From assembly GCA_964016885.1 (NCBI GenBank), contig OZ024741.1, positions 409,944,001 through 410,008,000 on the forward strand: a stretch of DNA of 64,000 bases, given 5' to 3'. Of the stretch, positions 30,018 to 43,294 are shown piece by piece. The notes beneath the pieces were generated by a model, which had not been told where the DNA came from, made no database searches, and saw only the letters and a list, made by a program, of their open reading frames with translations. Every line of letters starts with the position of its first letter. The stretch's first letter is position 1. The translations under genes and the position numbers were made by a program. The DNA comes from Eledone cirrhosa (Eukaryota).

Positions 30018-30494
30018 ATCTGTTGGATGTCAGTGATTGTCACGCATGGGTGACCTCTGTTTACAGTGAGTGGAGCTGGCTGGACCCATCCTTGCTGAAC
30101 ATTGATGCTTCAAGTACAAGCAATAGATAGTTGGTTGACCATCAGATGGAATATCTTGTGGTTTTATGTCTCCTCGCTCTGTCTTTTCTACCACTACTAC
30201 AATGGCCTGTGTTCTCAGCTGGCCTCAGACATTCTCAGCTCACCCATCTCTCCACCTCTCATCACTGCATAATATTGTGTCTAACCTCCTTTAGAAAGCA
30301 CAGTCCCTCCAAACCTAGCAAATAAAAACAAATTGCCATTCTCTCAACTTTCCTTTCATCCATCCAGATGAAGTTAACCATGATATATCACTGGTACTTC
30401 TTTAGAAAATTTCAGATAAATTTAACGTAGATATAACTACTACAGTTCTAGAAAATTAAACTTTCCAGTTGTTGTCTTCCTGTTTCTTCTACAA

Positions 30495-31125
30495 CTACAA
30501 CAGTACGTGATGGGGCCCACCCACAGCCTTGGCGGACAGAATGGAGAAGGCGTTTCCTCGGAGGACGGCAAGGGAGACGCGCTGGAAAAGCCACTCCAAC
30601 CCGCGGGGCTCACACCTGCGGCTGGCCAGCTCAGCGTCCATGGTGGTGAGTAAGGAGGTAGCCCTGGGGCCGAGGACACCAGAAGTCTCCACTGCCAGGG
30701 GTACGACCGCAAACCTGTCGGAGAGCGACCAGTATTTGAGGAGTTTGGCCCCCTCAGCCCGACGTGCAGCAGAACCTGGGTCAGTCGCAGACTGCACCAG
30801 GTTGCGGCTGTAGAAAGTGTCGGTGCAAGTGCCATCCCAGACGAGGGGTTTGCCACCGCGGAACGGGAAGATGGTCATGCCATCTGGCCTTTTGCCGTCC
30901 CCTCGATCTAGCCCCACCAGCTCGAGCTGGGGAGGAAAGCCTGCAGCGTCCAAGCCATGCTTAATGACCTCGTTGAGGGCAGCATGGCGTGGAATGCGGC
31001 CGGCACTGTGGCTACTGGAAAGTGGGTGGAGGCCGAAAGAGTCCACAGTGGAACCCCAGCAACACTGGTGTGGCTGGCAGATCTGGAGACCGAGCCTCAG
31101 GGAAACGCCGATGCGCAGGCTGGTA
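30495..31125 (-). mobile_element. 3' fragment of a CRE-clade non-LTR retrotransposon (zinc knuckle remnant + restriction-like endonuclease)
   Basis: LRLG...C..C...H, RHAALN, GKRPDG (PD), VWDGT, AEGAKLLKY, PLAVETSG, QRVSLAVLRGNA are RLE-domain motifs of CRE-type elements; sharply GC-rich against its flanks; no RT present. Confidence 0.8.
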
Positions 31126-31194
31126 CTTATTTTTTGACACTTCAAGCAGAAAAGCAATGTCAACTTAAGATCTTATAACTTTATTTGATACCTG

Positions 31195-31490
31195 ATAGTT
31201 CTGGAGGAGGGGACAGTGCCCATGGCTGTCACAGGTCCTCAGACTGGAGAGATTGATTTCTAGTGGGTCTGAAGGAAAGAGATGCTCTCCATAGCTTTCA
31301 CACATCCTCCATGACTGGAGGCAGGGACAGTGCCCATGGCCTTCACAGGTCTTCCAAGACTGGGGAGATATATGTCTGGGGGAAGGGACAGTGCTTATGG
31401 TTGTCACATATCCTCTGAGACTAGAGATTGATGTCTGATAGGTCTAGTAGAAGAGGAAGAACCTATGTGTGGTGTTCACAGGTCCTCTCA
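31195..31490. repeat. Degenerate short tandem repeat (GGGACAGTGCCCATGG...CACAGGTCCT...GACTGG)
   Basis: About 4-5 diverged copies, e.g. near 31210, 31324 and 31385. Confidence 0.55.
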
Positions 31491-31789
31491 GATAATTGCC
31501 GTTGATGTTTAAACTGCTGCAGATCCACTCATTTGGAGAAAGTTACACAGAACTGTGTAATAGTGACTGAGTGTAGCCATTAGTTCAAGGTAATAAAATT
31601 ATGAAGGAAATTTTTTTAGATAAATATCACCATTACCACTGTTTAATACCTAGCTTCCATGGATTAGACGAGTCACATTATGTGGCTAGACAGGTCAGCT
31701 GACTGCATTTTGCTCATACATTCTATTTTTGTCTTCAATGGGTTGGATACCTTCCTAATGCCAATCGCATTTCAGTGTGAACTGGGAGC

Positions 31790-32685
31790 TTTTTTGTGGC
31801 ACCAACACTACCACTTTACAGTATGGACTGGGTACTTTTTGTTGTGACACCAACACTACCACTTTACAGGATGGACTGGGTACTTTTTGTTGTGACACCA
31901 ACACTACCACCTTACAGGATGGACTGGGTACTTTTTGTTGTGGCACTAACACTACCACTTTACAGTATGGACTGGGTACTTTTTGTTGTGGCACCAACAC
32001 TACCACTTTACAGGATGGACTGGGTACTTTTTGTTGTGGCACCAACACTACCACTTTACAGGATGGACTGGGTACTTTTTGTTGTGGCACCAACACTACC
32101 ACTTTACAGGATGGACTGGGTACTTTTTGTTGTGGCACCAACACTACCACTTTACAGGATGGACTGGGTACTTTTTGTTGTGGCACTAACACTACCACTT
32201 TACAGTATGGACTGGGTACTTTTTGTTGTGGCACCAACACTACCACCTTACAGGATGGACTGGGTACTTTTTGTTGTGACACCAACACTACCACCTTACA
32301 GGATGGACTGGGTACTTTTTGTTGTGGCACCAACACTACCACCTTACAGGATGGACTGGGTACTTTTTGTTGTGGCACCAACACTACCACTTTACAGGAT
32401 GGACTGGGTACTTTTTGTTGTGGCACCAACACTACCACTTTACAGGATGGACTGGGTACTTTTTGCTGTGGCACCAACACTACCACCTTACAGGATGGAC
32501 TGGGTACTTTTTGTTGTGGCACCAACACTACCACCTTACAGGATGGACTGGGTACTTTTTGTTGTGGCACCAACACTACCACTTTACAGTATGGACTGGG
32601 TACTTTTTGTTGTGGCACCAACACTACCACTTTACAGGATGGACTGGGTACTTTTTGTTGTGGCACCAACACTACCACCTTACAC
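31790..32685. repeat. 48-bp minisatellite (GGACTGGGTACTTTTTGTTGTGGCACCAACACTACCACTTTACAGGAT), about 18-19 copies
   Basis: Exact 48-bp period; directly preceded by the head of a dispersed repeat (GGATACCTTCCTAATGCCAA). Confidence 0.97.
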
Positions 32686-33344
32686 TCTGAAACAGTTTTG
32701 TATTATAGAACCAAGAGTGGTTCTATAAGACACTTTATTTCATGTTGCTCCAGTTTACTCAACTGTAGAAATTAGTTGTGAGATGAGTGGTGCCAAGCTG
32801 TATCAGCCATTGCCTTTCCCTTGGATATCATCGGTGGCGTAGAGAGAGGAGACTGGTATGTATGGGTGACTGCTGGTCTTCCACAAACAACTGTGCCCAG
32901 ACTTGTGCCTCGGAGTGGAACATACTAGGTACAAAACCAATGATAAAGGGGGTCTTTTCATGCGACACACAAAGAATGTCAGTAGAAATCAATTGATTAA
33001 AGTTTACAGTAATATTTTTATTAAATTGATTTCCTGAGTTGATTTATAAAATATATTTCTAGTAAAATCTAGAATATTTCAAGTTCTGTGTTTGTCAGAA
33101 TTGTTGCAGGTTCGGTGCTGAATAAAAGGTTTGTTTCGTAGTAAACATGGAATCCACTTGAGGGGAAGGGGATATCTTGGTTAAAATTGTATTTTTTCAA
33201 GACCATCATCTGATGTTGTCCTGGTCTTGTGAATAATGAAATTCTGTCAGACAGAGGCTATGTGGAAGCCCATTTAGATGGACTTTACCTGCAATGTAGT
33301 TCAAAGGGTCAGATTTGTCGTACCTGAGAATTATGTTAAAGATT

Positions 33345-33523
33345 AAGGGACAGATGTGTATGTTGGAATATTCAACCACTTAACAGATTAAAGATAGATG
33401 TGTGTGTGTGTCGTCTAGGAATACTCAACCACTTAACAGATTAAAGATAGATGTATGTGTCTAGGAATACTCAACCAATTAACAGATTAAAGATAGATGT
33501 CTAGGAATACTCAGCCACTTAAC
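33345..33523. repeat. Short tandem repeat, 4 copies (GGAATACTCAACCACTTAACAGATTAAAGATAGAT(GT)n)
   Basis: Four units differing mainly in the length of an internal GT tract. Confidence 0.8.
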
Positions 33524-34226
33524 ACTAGTTTCGTTGGTGCTGGGATATTGCCAACGGAGGAGATATTTACATTAAAAAAACTGGGAAAATGGATTTAAAA
33601 AAAACCAATCTTGTGAATCAGGTGTGATATGATGTTTTGGATTAATATTGTGGTGGTAATGTTTTGTAAGGTTTTTGATATGAAATTGTGTGTTGAAATA
33701 GATATTGTTATATTTGGGAAGGGTTGTGTTGATATTGCCCCAGAAAAATAGTAAAATACACTCATTGTTTAGTTTGGTATTGCTTTTCGTTTTAGTATAT
33801 CTTTATATTTTTATATTTGTTTTTAAAAACACAACGGGAGGAAATCACTGAAGATGTCACAGAAAAATGTGTGATGAAAGAACTTTGAGAAATTATATTT
33901 ATATTTATATTTTTAACTGTTGGTGAATCAATGATATAAACATTGATTGCCAGCTAAATTATTTGTAGAAATATTAAAAAATATTGAAACTGAAACAAAA
34001 ATTAAACCAAACTGAGTGTGTTTTATTATTATTTCTGGCAATATTATAACAATATGATCCTCCCCAAATATAACAATATTAAAAATTATTAAATATGTAA
34101 AAATGTGTTGCATATGAGGGGTCAGTGTGGTTATTTTTATTTCTGTATGTCAGCTATTGAGGGGGAAGGGGTGAGAGGTCCATTGTATAGAGCCAGCCCT
34201 TAAATATGGTTTGTGTTTAAGGTCTT

Positions 34227-34479
34227 TCATTCTTGGTCGATATCATGTCTGGGGTGTAACCGTAAGTAAACGCCATTAACGGGGGCTATTGTTGCTCCCT
34301 CAATTGTTTCCAAAGGACCCTGCTTTTCTGACAGAATCATGTGAAAAGATTTTATTAACTTCACAATTGCTATTTTGCCTTCCATTTTAGCAAATTGAAT
34401 GCCAATACATTTCCTCGGTCCAGCACCAAAAGCCAGGTATGCCATTGGGTGTCGGAGAGCTACTAATTCTGGTATAAAC
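34227..34479 (-). CDS. Cytochrome P450, last exon (heme-binding loop)
   Basis: Acceptor TTTCAG|; (R)FIPELVALRHPMAYLAFGAGPRKCIGIQFAKME... contains FxxGxRxCxG; TGA at 34229-34227. Confidence 0.95.
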
Positions 34480-35048
34480 CTGAAACAATAAAGAAATATT
34501 ACAATTAGCTTTGCTGATTGTTAATCAAAAATGTTGAGTTTATTCAAATTTTTAGAAGTGCTTCAAATCTTTCATGACCATATTTCTAATGAAATATACT
34601 GTATCTTCTCTTAATTAATGAAGAATTTTGTAGGATTTACTGAAATTATTAATTACTTCCTTACTGAGATAGTAACATTGTGGTGAACTGGAGTCTCGTC
34701 TGCAGATGTCTTGTACTTTTAGTCACTTAACACCAGTGAAGCTGGGGCAGACTTTAACTCTGCGATGAACTGGTGTGATATTTAGAGAGATGTCTTGTAC
34801 TTTTAGTCACTTAACACCAGTGAAGCTGGGACAGACTTTAACATTATTTAACTTGACTTAAGGCAGACTTTAACAGTTTTCATATGAAAAGAAGTGAAAC
34901 AAATGGGCCAGTTTCATGTTTAAGATGTTTATATTTCTGATTGTGAACATGACAACCAATCCAAGCTTCAGCTACGTAGAAAGAGGGGTCTAATTATAAA
35001 CAAATTAAATATATTGCAAGCAACAAAATAGATGAATATGACAAATAC

Positions 35049-35195
35049 CTTTCTGGGTCGAACTTGTGGGGGTCAGGGCCCCATATCTCTGTGTCATAAT
35101 GAATTGCCCAAATATTTGCTTGAACAATCATACCTTTAGGTATCGTCAAACTGTCCGACACCTGGCAGGAGGTCTCCGCCTGTCGAGCAACCACA
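35049..35195 (-). CDS. Cytochrome P450 exon (beta region to PER meander)
   Basis: TTTGTAG| ... AG|GTATT; VVARQAETSCQVSDSLTIPKGMIVQANIWAIHYDTEIWGPDPHKFDPE(R); phase 2 at both ends matches the neighbours. Confidence 0.93.
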
Positions 35196-35499
35196 CTACA
35201 AAGGTAAATTAAATTCACTCTCAATTATTTTATTTACATTTACTGAGCACAATCATCATTGATAAATACATACATATATATATATGTGTGTGTGTGTTTG
35301 TATCCATCATCATCATCGATTAACGTCTATCTTCCATGTAGCATGGGTTAGATGGGTTTGTCCCATTTAGAGGCAAGTTGGGTCGGGTGACCATGTCTCG
35401 CTCATATAGGAGTGTTACTGGCTGGTTTTCCACGGCTGGATGCCCTTCCTAACACCAACCACATTTACAGTGTGTGATGGGTGCTTTTTGCCGTGTCTT

Positions 35500-37765
35500 T
35501 TACATGTGGCCCGTTTGCAAGAATACCTGCAGCCCACACAGGTTTTTACAGTGTGAGCATATTTTATCTTCGTAATATGAAATTTAAATTTTTTTCGATA
35601 CAATTGTTTTTTTTTTTGTGCGATTTTTGTCAACTACTTTTAACTTCCGACGAATCACGCGCAGCTCATAAACAGTTGGAAACAAAACTTTCTTTCAAAA
35701 TTTCAAACGTTTTTTTTCTTTTAAAATGGCTAGTGCTCCTCCAACTAAGAGAAAAAGGAAATTGAACGAAGAAGGGCGAGTGTTTCAAGAAAAGTGGGAA
35801 TTACAGTATTTTTGCCCAACGCTGAATGGAAAGATACACTGTTTAATTTGCAACTGCATCGCCACGCTAAAAGAGTACAATTTGAAAAGACATAATGAAA
35901 CGAATCATTCATCTTGACACAGCAACAGACCCGTTTTATGTAAATTCAGGAAGAGAATGTCGCTTCTGTAACTGCAAGCTATGAACTCAGCCGAATGATG
36001 GCCATGAGTGGGAAATCTTATAGTGAAAGAGATTTTGTAAAGCAATATCTTGTAAAAACTGCTTTCTCTGGACATACAATTTCAGCTCAGTTATTCAAAG
36101 ACATTTCATTAACCAGGAACACTGTTGCTGAACATATTAATGAAATGTCAGATGATCTGAAACAACAGTTAAAGGCTGTATCATCAAGGTTTGAACATTT
36201 TTCTATTGCTATTGATGAGATCATTGACATCACTGGAATAGCACAGCTTGCATTCTTCATCAGGGTCTGTGACAGGGAATTTAATATTTAGGAAGAACTG
36301 ATAGAACTGGTCCCCAAGCATGGCACTTTAACACCTTGAGAAGGTCAAGCAGGTTCTGCATGACAATAGTTTTGATTTGAGTAAACATGCATGCTTATCT
36401 ATTGACGGTGCTGTGAATATGGTTGGCAGACATAATGGTGTTGCTGCCAAGTTACAAACAAAAATAGAAAACTCGCATCCAGATTCATCATTTGCACATT
36501 TTCACTATTATTCATCAGCAAAATTTGTGTTCAAAGATTTTAAAATTGCATCATGTGTTTAGCTTGGTCACAAAGACTGAACTATATCAGAGGCCATGCT
36601 CTCAACCGCTGTCAGTTCAACCAGTTGTTAGAAGATATGGATAATCAGTTCACCGATGTTCCATTCTACACAGAAGTCTGCTGGTTGACATGTCACAAAG
36701 TGCTGAAAAGATTCTATTTGTTGAGACAAGAAATAATTGTTTTTGGAAATGAAAGGTCAAAACATGAAATAAAAGATGAAAGTTGGCTCCAAGATCTGGC
36801 TTTTGCTGTGGATATTATTGCACAATTAACTGATCTTAATTTGAAATTAGAAGGTAAAAACAAACCCATCACTCAGTTGTATGATGACATCAAGTACTTC
36901 ATTAGAAAACTAAGTTTATGGAAGTCACAGTTGTCAAATGAAAATTTAGTTCGTTTTCCTATGTGCAAAGAGCTGAAAAACACTGCCAATATTGAGTCTG
37001 TATTTAGCTTAGCTAAGTATGACAGTCAGAATTGTTGTCAAAGGAATTTCAGGAAAGATTTTGTCATTTCACATCTTTTGAACATCAGTTTGCATTATTC
37101 TCAGCACCATTCACCTTTGATGAAGGCAGAAGAAAGCCTGCAGATGGAACTATTGGAAATGCAGTCAGATTCTACACTCAGAGCAAAGTATCTTGTAGTG
37201 GGGATACCTGGTTTCTTTTCATACCTTCCTCAAAAGTTTAAAAACTTCAGAAAGTTTGCCACAAAGATTATGGCAATGTTTGGTTCTACCTATGTGTGTC
37301 AACAGATATTTTCCTTCATGAAATTAACAAAAGCTCCTCAGAGAACAAGGCTGACTGATCAACACTTGTCATCTCTGATCAATGTTGGAAATATACAGAC
37401 ATTTCAGCCAGACATACCAAAAATTGTCAACAAAAAGAGGTGTCAAGCCTCAGGACAAAACACTAAAAATGGTTTAATGGTAGCAAATAAATGTTCAGTT
37501 TTGAACTGTTGTAATTTTTGTACAATGTATTTGTTGCTGTTGACATTTTAATTTTTTTGTCAAACACTTCATTACTTTGTATTCATGAATGCTGCTAAAA
37601 CATTTGTATATACATTGTATGTTTCTAAATTTAAGTAACACATTTTTCTGCAATAAATTTTATTATATGACTTTAATTAGTTGTAATGTGCACATTTAGT
37701 TGTCGTGTGTGGCCCTCAGACAACACATATGTGGCCCTTGGGGGACCCTCAGTTTGACATGCCTG
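35500..37765 (+). mobile_element. Decayed hAT DNA transposon (Charlie/Buster type, GTF2IRD2-like transposase), intronic and antisense to the P450
   Basis: Fragmented transposase 35726-37480 (RVFQEKWELQYF, CLIC...KEYNLKRH, SIAIDE, IDGA..M.G, WLQDLAF.VD, MFGSTYVCQQIFS.MK, RTRLTDQHL) with stops and frameshifts. Right TIR GTTTGACATGCCTG ends at 37765; subterminal GTGGCCC motifs; left TIR not found. Confidence 0.88.
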
Positions 37766-38479
37766 GCCTACACAATAACTTTACAGCATGGGCTGTGTAC
37801 TTTTTGACGTGACACCTACATGACCACTTTACAATGTGGGCTGGATGTTTTGTGGCTCCAGCATAATATACTTATATGCATACATGTATATATCATGACA
37901 ATGATATACATATATATATATACTTGTGTACACATACATATACATATATATACTCATATACATACACACATCATATATATATCATTATCCTTGTTGTTTA
38001 ATGTCCATCATTCATGGGTAGGATGGATTGACCTTTAGGGAGAAAAACAGGTCAGAGGACCATGTTTAGCTCACCCGGGGCAGATTTTGGCTTGGTTTCT
38101 ACAGCTGGGTGCCGTTCCAACCGCATTTACAGTGTGTGCTGGGTGCTTTTTCTCGTGTCACCTACACGACCACATTATAGTGTGGACTATGTACATTTGT
38201 ATATATGTATATATATACATACATATATATACATTTATATATTAATATATTTATAAATGTATGTTTGTGTGTGTGTACATGTATGTGTAAAAATGACACA
38301 AATAGAATAAAGGTGGAAAAAGAGACAGGCAGTTAGAGAAAAACTGAAAAGTGACATGGTGTACAAACAAATTCTAAAAATATATTGAAATGAGAGAAAT
38401 GAAAAGAGAAAGAAATGTTAAGATACGGGACTAAAACATGAGAGATCTCATTTCTTACTCTCTAATGGTGGTGGTGGTA

Positions 38480-41400
38480 ACTGACTTGGTAAACATCCAC
38501 AAAATTATTAACCATCTTGCCAACAACAACTCTGAGTACCTTTTTGATTTCCATGTGTCTAACACACGTGGACATGCCTACAAAGTCAGAAAACAGCACA
38601 GCTCCCATGACTTTCGGAAACATTTTTTAATGCTCAGAGTTACTGAAGCATGGAATAAACTCCCAGCATCAATTATTAGCTGTCGAGACACTGCATCCTT
38701 TAAAACCTCCATGGAACAAACTCCCTGCATCAGTTGTTAGCTGTCAAGACACTGCCTCCTTTAAAACCTCTATGAAACAAACTACCTACATCAGTTGTTA
38801 GCTGTCGAGACACTGCATCCTTTAAAACCTCCATGGAACAAACTACCTGCATCAGTTGTTAGCTGTCAAGACACTGCATCCTTTAAAACCTCCATGGAAC
38901 AAACTCCCTGCATCAGTTGTTAGTTGTCAAGACACTGCATCCTTTAAAACCTCCATGGAACAAACTCCCTGCATCAGTTGTTAGCTGTCGAGACACTGCA
39001 TCCTTTAAAACCTCCACGGAACAAACTCCCTGCATCAGTTGTTAGCTGTCGAGACACTGCATCCTTTAAAACCTCCATGGAACAAACTCCCTGCATCAGT
39101 TGTTAGCTGTCGAGACACTGCATCCTTTAAAACCTCCATGGAACAAACTACCTGCATCAGTTGTTAGTTGTCAAGACACTGCATCCTTTAAAACCTCCAT
39201 GGAACAAACTACCTGCATCAGTTGTTAGTTGTCGAGACACTGCATCCTTTAAAACCTCCATGGAACAAACTACCTGCATCAGTTGTTAGTTGTCGAGACA
39301 CTGCATCCTTTAAAACCTCCATGGAACAAACTACCTGCATCAGTTGTTAGTTGTCGAGACACTGCATCCTTTAAAACCTCCATGGAACAAACTCCCAGCA
39401 TCAATTATTAGCTGTCGAGACACTGCATCCTTTAAAACCTCCATGGAACAAACTCCCTGCATCAGTTGTTAGCTGTCAAGACACTGCCTCCTTTAAAACC
39501 TCCATGAAACAAACTACCTACATCAGTTGTTAGCTGTCGAGACACTGCATCCTTTAAAACCTCCATGGAACAAACTACCTGCATCAGTTGTTAGCTGTCA
39601 AGACACTGCATCCTTTAAAACCTCCATGGAACAAACTCCCTGCATCAGTTGTTAGTTGTCAAGACACTGCATCCTTTAAAACCTCCATGGAACAAACTCC
39701 CTGCATCAGTTGTTAGTTGTCAAGACACTGCATCCTTTAAAACCTCCATGGAACAAACTCCCTGCATCAGTTGTTAGCTGTCGAGACACTGCATCCTTTA
39801 AAACCTCCATGGAACAAACTACCTGCATCAGTTGTTAGCTGTCAAGACACTGCATCCTTTAAAACCTCCATGGAACAAACTACCTGCATCAGTTGTTAGT
39901 TGTCGAGACACTGCATCCTTTAAAACCTCCATGGAACAAACTACCTGCATCAGTTGTTAGTTGTCGAGACACTGCATCCTATAAAACCTCCATGGAACAA
40001 ACTACCTGCATCAGTTTTTAGTTGTCGAGACACTGCATCCTTTAAAACCTCCATGGAACAAACTCCCAGCATCAATTATTAGCTGTCGAGACACTGCATC
40101 CTTTAAAACCTCCATGGAACAAACTCCCTGCATCAGTTGTTAGCTGTCGAGACACTGCATCCTTTAAAACCTCCATGGAACAAACTCCCTGCATCAGTTG
40201 TTAGCTGTCAAGACACTGCCTCCTTTAAAACCTCCATGAAACAAACTACCTACATCAGTTGTTAGCTGTCGAGACACTGCATCCTTTAAAACCTCCATGG
40301 AACAAACTCCCTGCATCAGTTGTTAGCTGTCAAGACACTGCCTCCTTTAAAACCTCCATGAAACAAACTACCTACATCAGTTGTTAGCTGTCGAGACACT
40401 GCATCCTTTAAAACCTCCATGGAACAAACTCCCTGCATCAGTTGTTAGCTGTCAAGACACTGCATCCTTTAAAACCTCCATGGAACAAACTCCCTGCATC
40501 AGTTGTTAGCTGTCGAGACACTGCATCCTTTAAAACCTCCATGGAACAAACTACCTGCATCAGTTGTTAGCTGTCAAGACACTGCATCCTTTAAAACCTC
40601 CATGGAACAAACTCCCTGCATCAGTTGTTAGTTGTCAAGACACTGCATCCTTTAAAACCTCCATGGAACAAACTACCTGCATCAGTTGTTAGCTGTCGAG
40701 ACACTGCATCCTTTAAAACCTCCATGGAACAAACTCCCTGCATCAGTTGTTCGCTGTCGAGACACTGCATCCTTTAAAACCTCCATGGAACAAACTACCT
40801 GCATCAGTTGTTAGCTGTCGAGACACTGCATCCCTTAAAACCTCCATGGAACAAACTACCTGCATCAGTTGTTAGCTGTCGAGACACTGCATCCCTTAAA
40901 ACCTCCATGGAACAAACTACCTGCATCAGTTGTTAGCTGTCGAGACACTGCATCCCTTAAAACCTCCATGGAACAAACTACCTGCATCAGTTGTTAGTTG
41001 TCGAGACACTGCATCCTTTAAAACCTCCATGGAACAAACTACCTGCATCAGTTGTTAGCTGTCGAGACACTGCATCCCTTAAAACCTCCATGGAACAAAC
41101 TACCTGCATCAGTTGTTAGCTGTCGAGACACTGCATCCCTTAAAACCTCCATGGAACAAACTACCTGCATCAGTTGTTAGTTGTCGAGACACTGCATCCT
41201 TTAAAACCTCCATGGAACAAACTACCTGCATCAGTTGTTAGTTGTCGAGACACTGCATCCTTTAAAACCTCCATGGAACAAACTCCCTGCATCAGTTGTT
41301 AGCTGTCGAGACACTGCATCCTTTAAAACCTCCATGGAACAAACTCCCTGCATCAGTTGTTAGCTGTCAAGACACTGCCTCCTTTAAAACCTCCATGAAA

Positions 41401-42740
41401 CAAACTACCTACATCAGTTGTTAGCTGTCGAGACACTGCATCCTTTAAAACCTCCATGGAACAAACTCCCTGCATCAGTTGTTAGCTGTCAAGACACTGC
41501 CTCCTTTAAAACCTCCATGAAACAAACTACCTACATCAGTTGTTAGCTGTCGAGACACTGCATCCTTTAAAACCTCCATGGAACAAACTCCCTGCATCAG
41601 TTGTTAGCTGTCAAGACACTGCATCCTTTAAAACCTCCATGGAACAAACTCCCTGCATCAGTTGTTAGCTGTCGAGACACTGCATCCTTTAAAACCTCCA
41701 TGGAACAAACTACCTGCATCAGTTGTTAGCTGTCAAGACACTGCATCCTTTAAAACCTCCATGGAACAAACTCCCTGCATCAGTTGTTAGTTGTCAAGAC
41801 ACTGCATCCTTTAAAACCTCCATGGAACAAACTACCTGCATCAGTTGTTAGCTGTCGAGACACTGCATCCTTTAAAACCTCCATGGAACAAACTCCCTGC
41901 ATCAGTTGTTCGCTGTCGAGACACTGCATCCTTTAAAACCTCCATGGAACAAACTACCTGCATCAGTTGTTAGCTGTCGAGACACTGCATCCCTTAAAAC
42001 CTCCATGGAACAAACTACCTGCATCAGTTGTTAGCTGTCGAGACACTGCATCCCTTAAAACCTCCATGGAACAAACTACCTGCATCAGTTGTTAGCTGTC
42101 GAGACACTGCATCCCTTAAAACCTCCATGGAACAAACTACCTGCATCAGTTGTTAGTTGTCGAGACACTGCATCCTTTAAAACCTCCATGGAACAAACTA
42201 CCTGCATCAGTTGTTAGCTGTCGAGACACTGCATCCCTTAAAACCTCCATGGAACAAACTACCTGCATCAGTTGTTAGCTGTCGAGACACTGCATCCCTT
42301 AAAACCTCCATGGAACAAACTACCTGCATCAGTTGTTAGTTGTCGAGACACTGCATCCTTTAAAACCTCCATGGAACAAACTACCTGCATCAGTTGTTAG
42401 TTGTCGAGACACTGCATCCTTTAAAACCTCCATGGAACAAACTCCCTGCATCAGTTGTTAGCTGTCGAGACACTGCATCCTTTAAAACCTCCATGGAACA
42501 AACTCCCTGCATCAGTTGTTAGCTGTCGAGACACTGCATCCTTTAAAACCTCCATGCTTCCCGAGATCCGCCAACACCACACCTAATATTCCCCGCCATA
42601 CACATACACACATGTATATCATGACTCATACATTATTCACTTCCCTGACGTTTGTACATCATTCTATGTACCATACATGCGCCCTTGATGAGTTGTAGTG
42701 CACCTGAGCACTGTACACAATAATTTCATTATTATTTATA
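38480..42740 (+). mobile_element. 3' end of a CR1-group LINE interrupted by an internal tandem amplification
   Basis: NTRGHAYKVRKQHSSHDFRKHFLMLRVTEAWNKLPASIISCRDTASFK is a typical CR1-group ORF2 C-terminus (TRGH...RV..WN.LP...FK). The element resumes after the array with LPEIRQHHT*, a 3' UTR and an (ATT)n tail. Confidence 0.85.
38649..42556. repeat. 61-bp satellite, 64 copies (CATGGAACAAACTCCCTGCATCAGTTGTTAGCTGTCGAGACACTGCATCCTTTAAAACCTC)
   Basis: First CATG at 38649, last at 42553: 3904 bp = 64 x 61. Confidence 0.97.
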
Positions 42741-43127
42741 TATCTGACCTGATAGCTCGGCCCCACATGGTCCAATATAGCCAGAGACAGTGGGGGAGCT
42801 CAACCAGGGACGGGCTCCCCCAGCAGGAATGAGAAGGCCTTCAATTTTGGATTGTTTGTACAGGGTCAGAATAACATTTCTGACTTAAAAGACCATCTTG
42901 TATTATAGTGTATAGGGCTGAGTATTCCACAGTCAGGTGTAGCCTTATTGTAATTCTCAGGGAGATTCAGTATGTAACAAAGCTGGACCTTTTAATTACA
43001 AATACATTTCATCCAACAGGCTTCCACAAAGTCTCTACATAAATTTACTCACAAGGCAGGCTTGGACAAAACTAGCACATAGTGGTATTGAACCTGGCTC
43101 CTCTTGATTGGAAAGTGAACTTCTTAA

Positions 43128-43268
43128 CCACCTTCACCACGACCACCCACCACCACCACCCACCACCAACACAACCACTCACTACCACCACACCACCACC
43201 ACTACCAACACCACCACACCACCACTATCACCATGACCACTGCTCCACCACCACACCAACACCACCTC
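43128..43268. repeat. Degenerate (CAC)n microsatellite
   Basis: ACCACCACC-rich tract. Confidence 0.85.
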
Positions 43269-43294
43269 TATTTAATGGTTAAAAGATCCCTTAC

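Noticed and set aside
30529-31178. Plus-strand ORFs overlapping the CRE fragment
   Set aside because: Shadow frames of a GC-rich minus-strand coding remnant.
31755-32775. 300+ aa repeat proteins, including the Cys-Cys repeat GTNTTTLQDGLGTFCC
   Set aside because: The 48-bp unit is a multiple of 3 and is open in several frames on both strands; it derives from a dispersed non-coding repeat.
34705-34845. ~55-bp local duplication in the last P450 intron
   Set aside because: Only two copies, with no further structure.
35726-37551. Domesticated GTF2IRD2/EPM2AIP1-like host gene
   Set aside because: Multiple stops and frameshifts plus a TIR indicate a decayed transposon.
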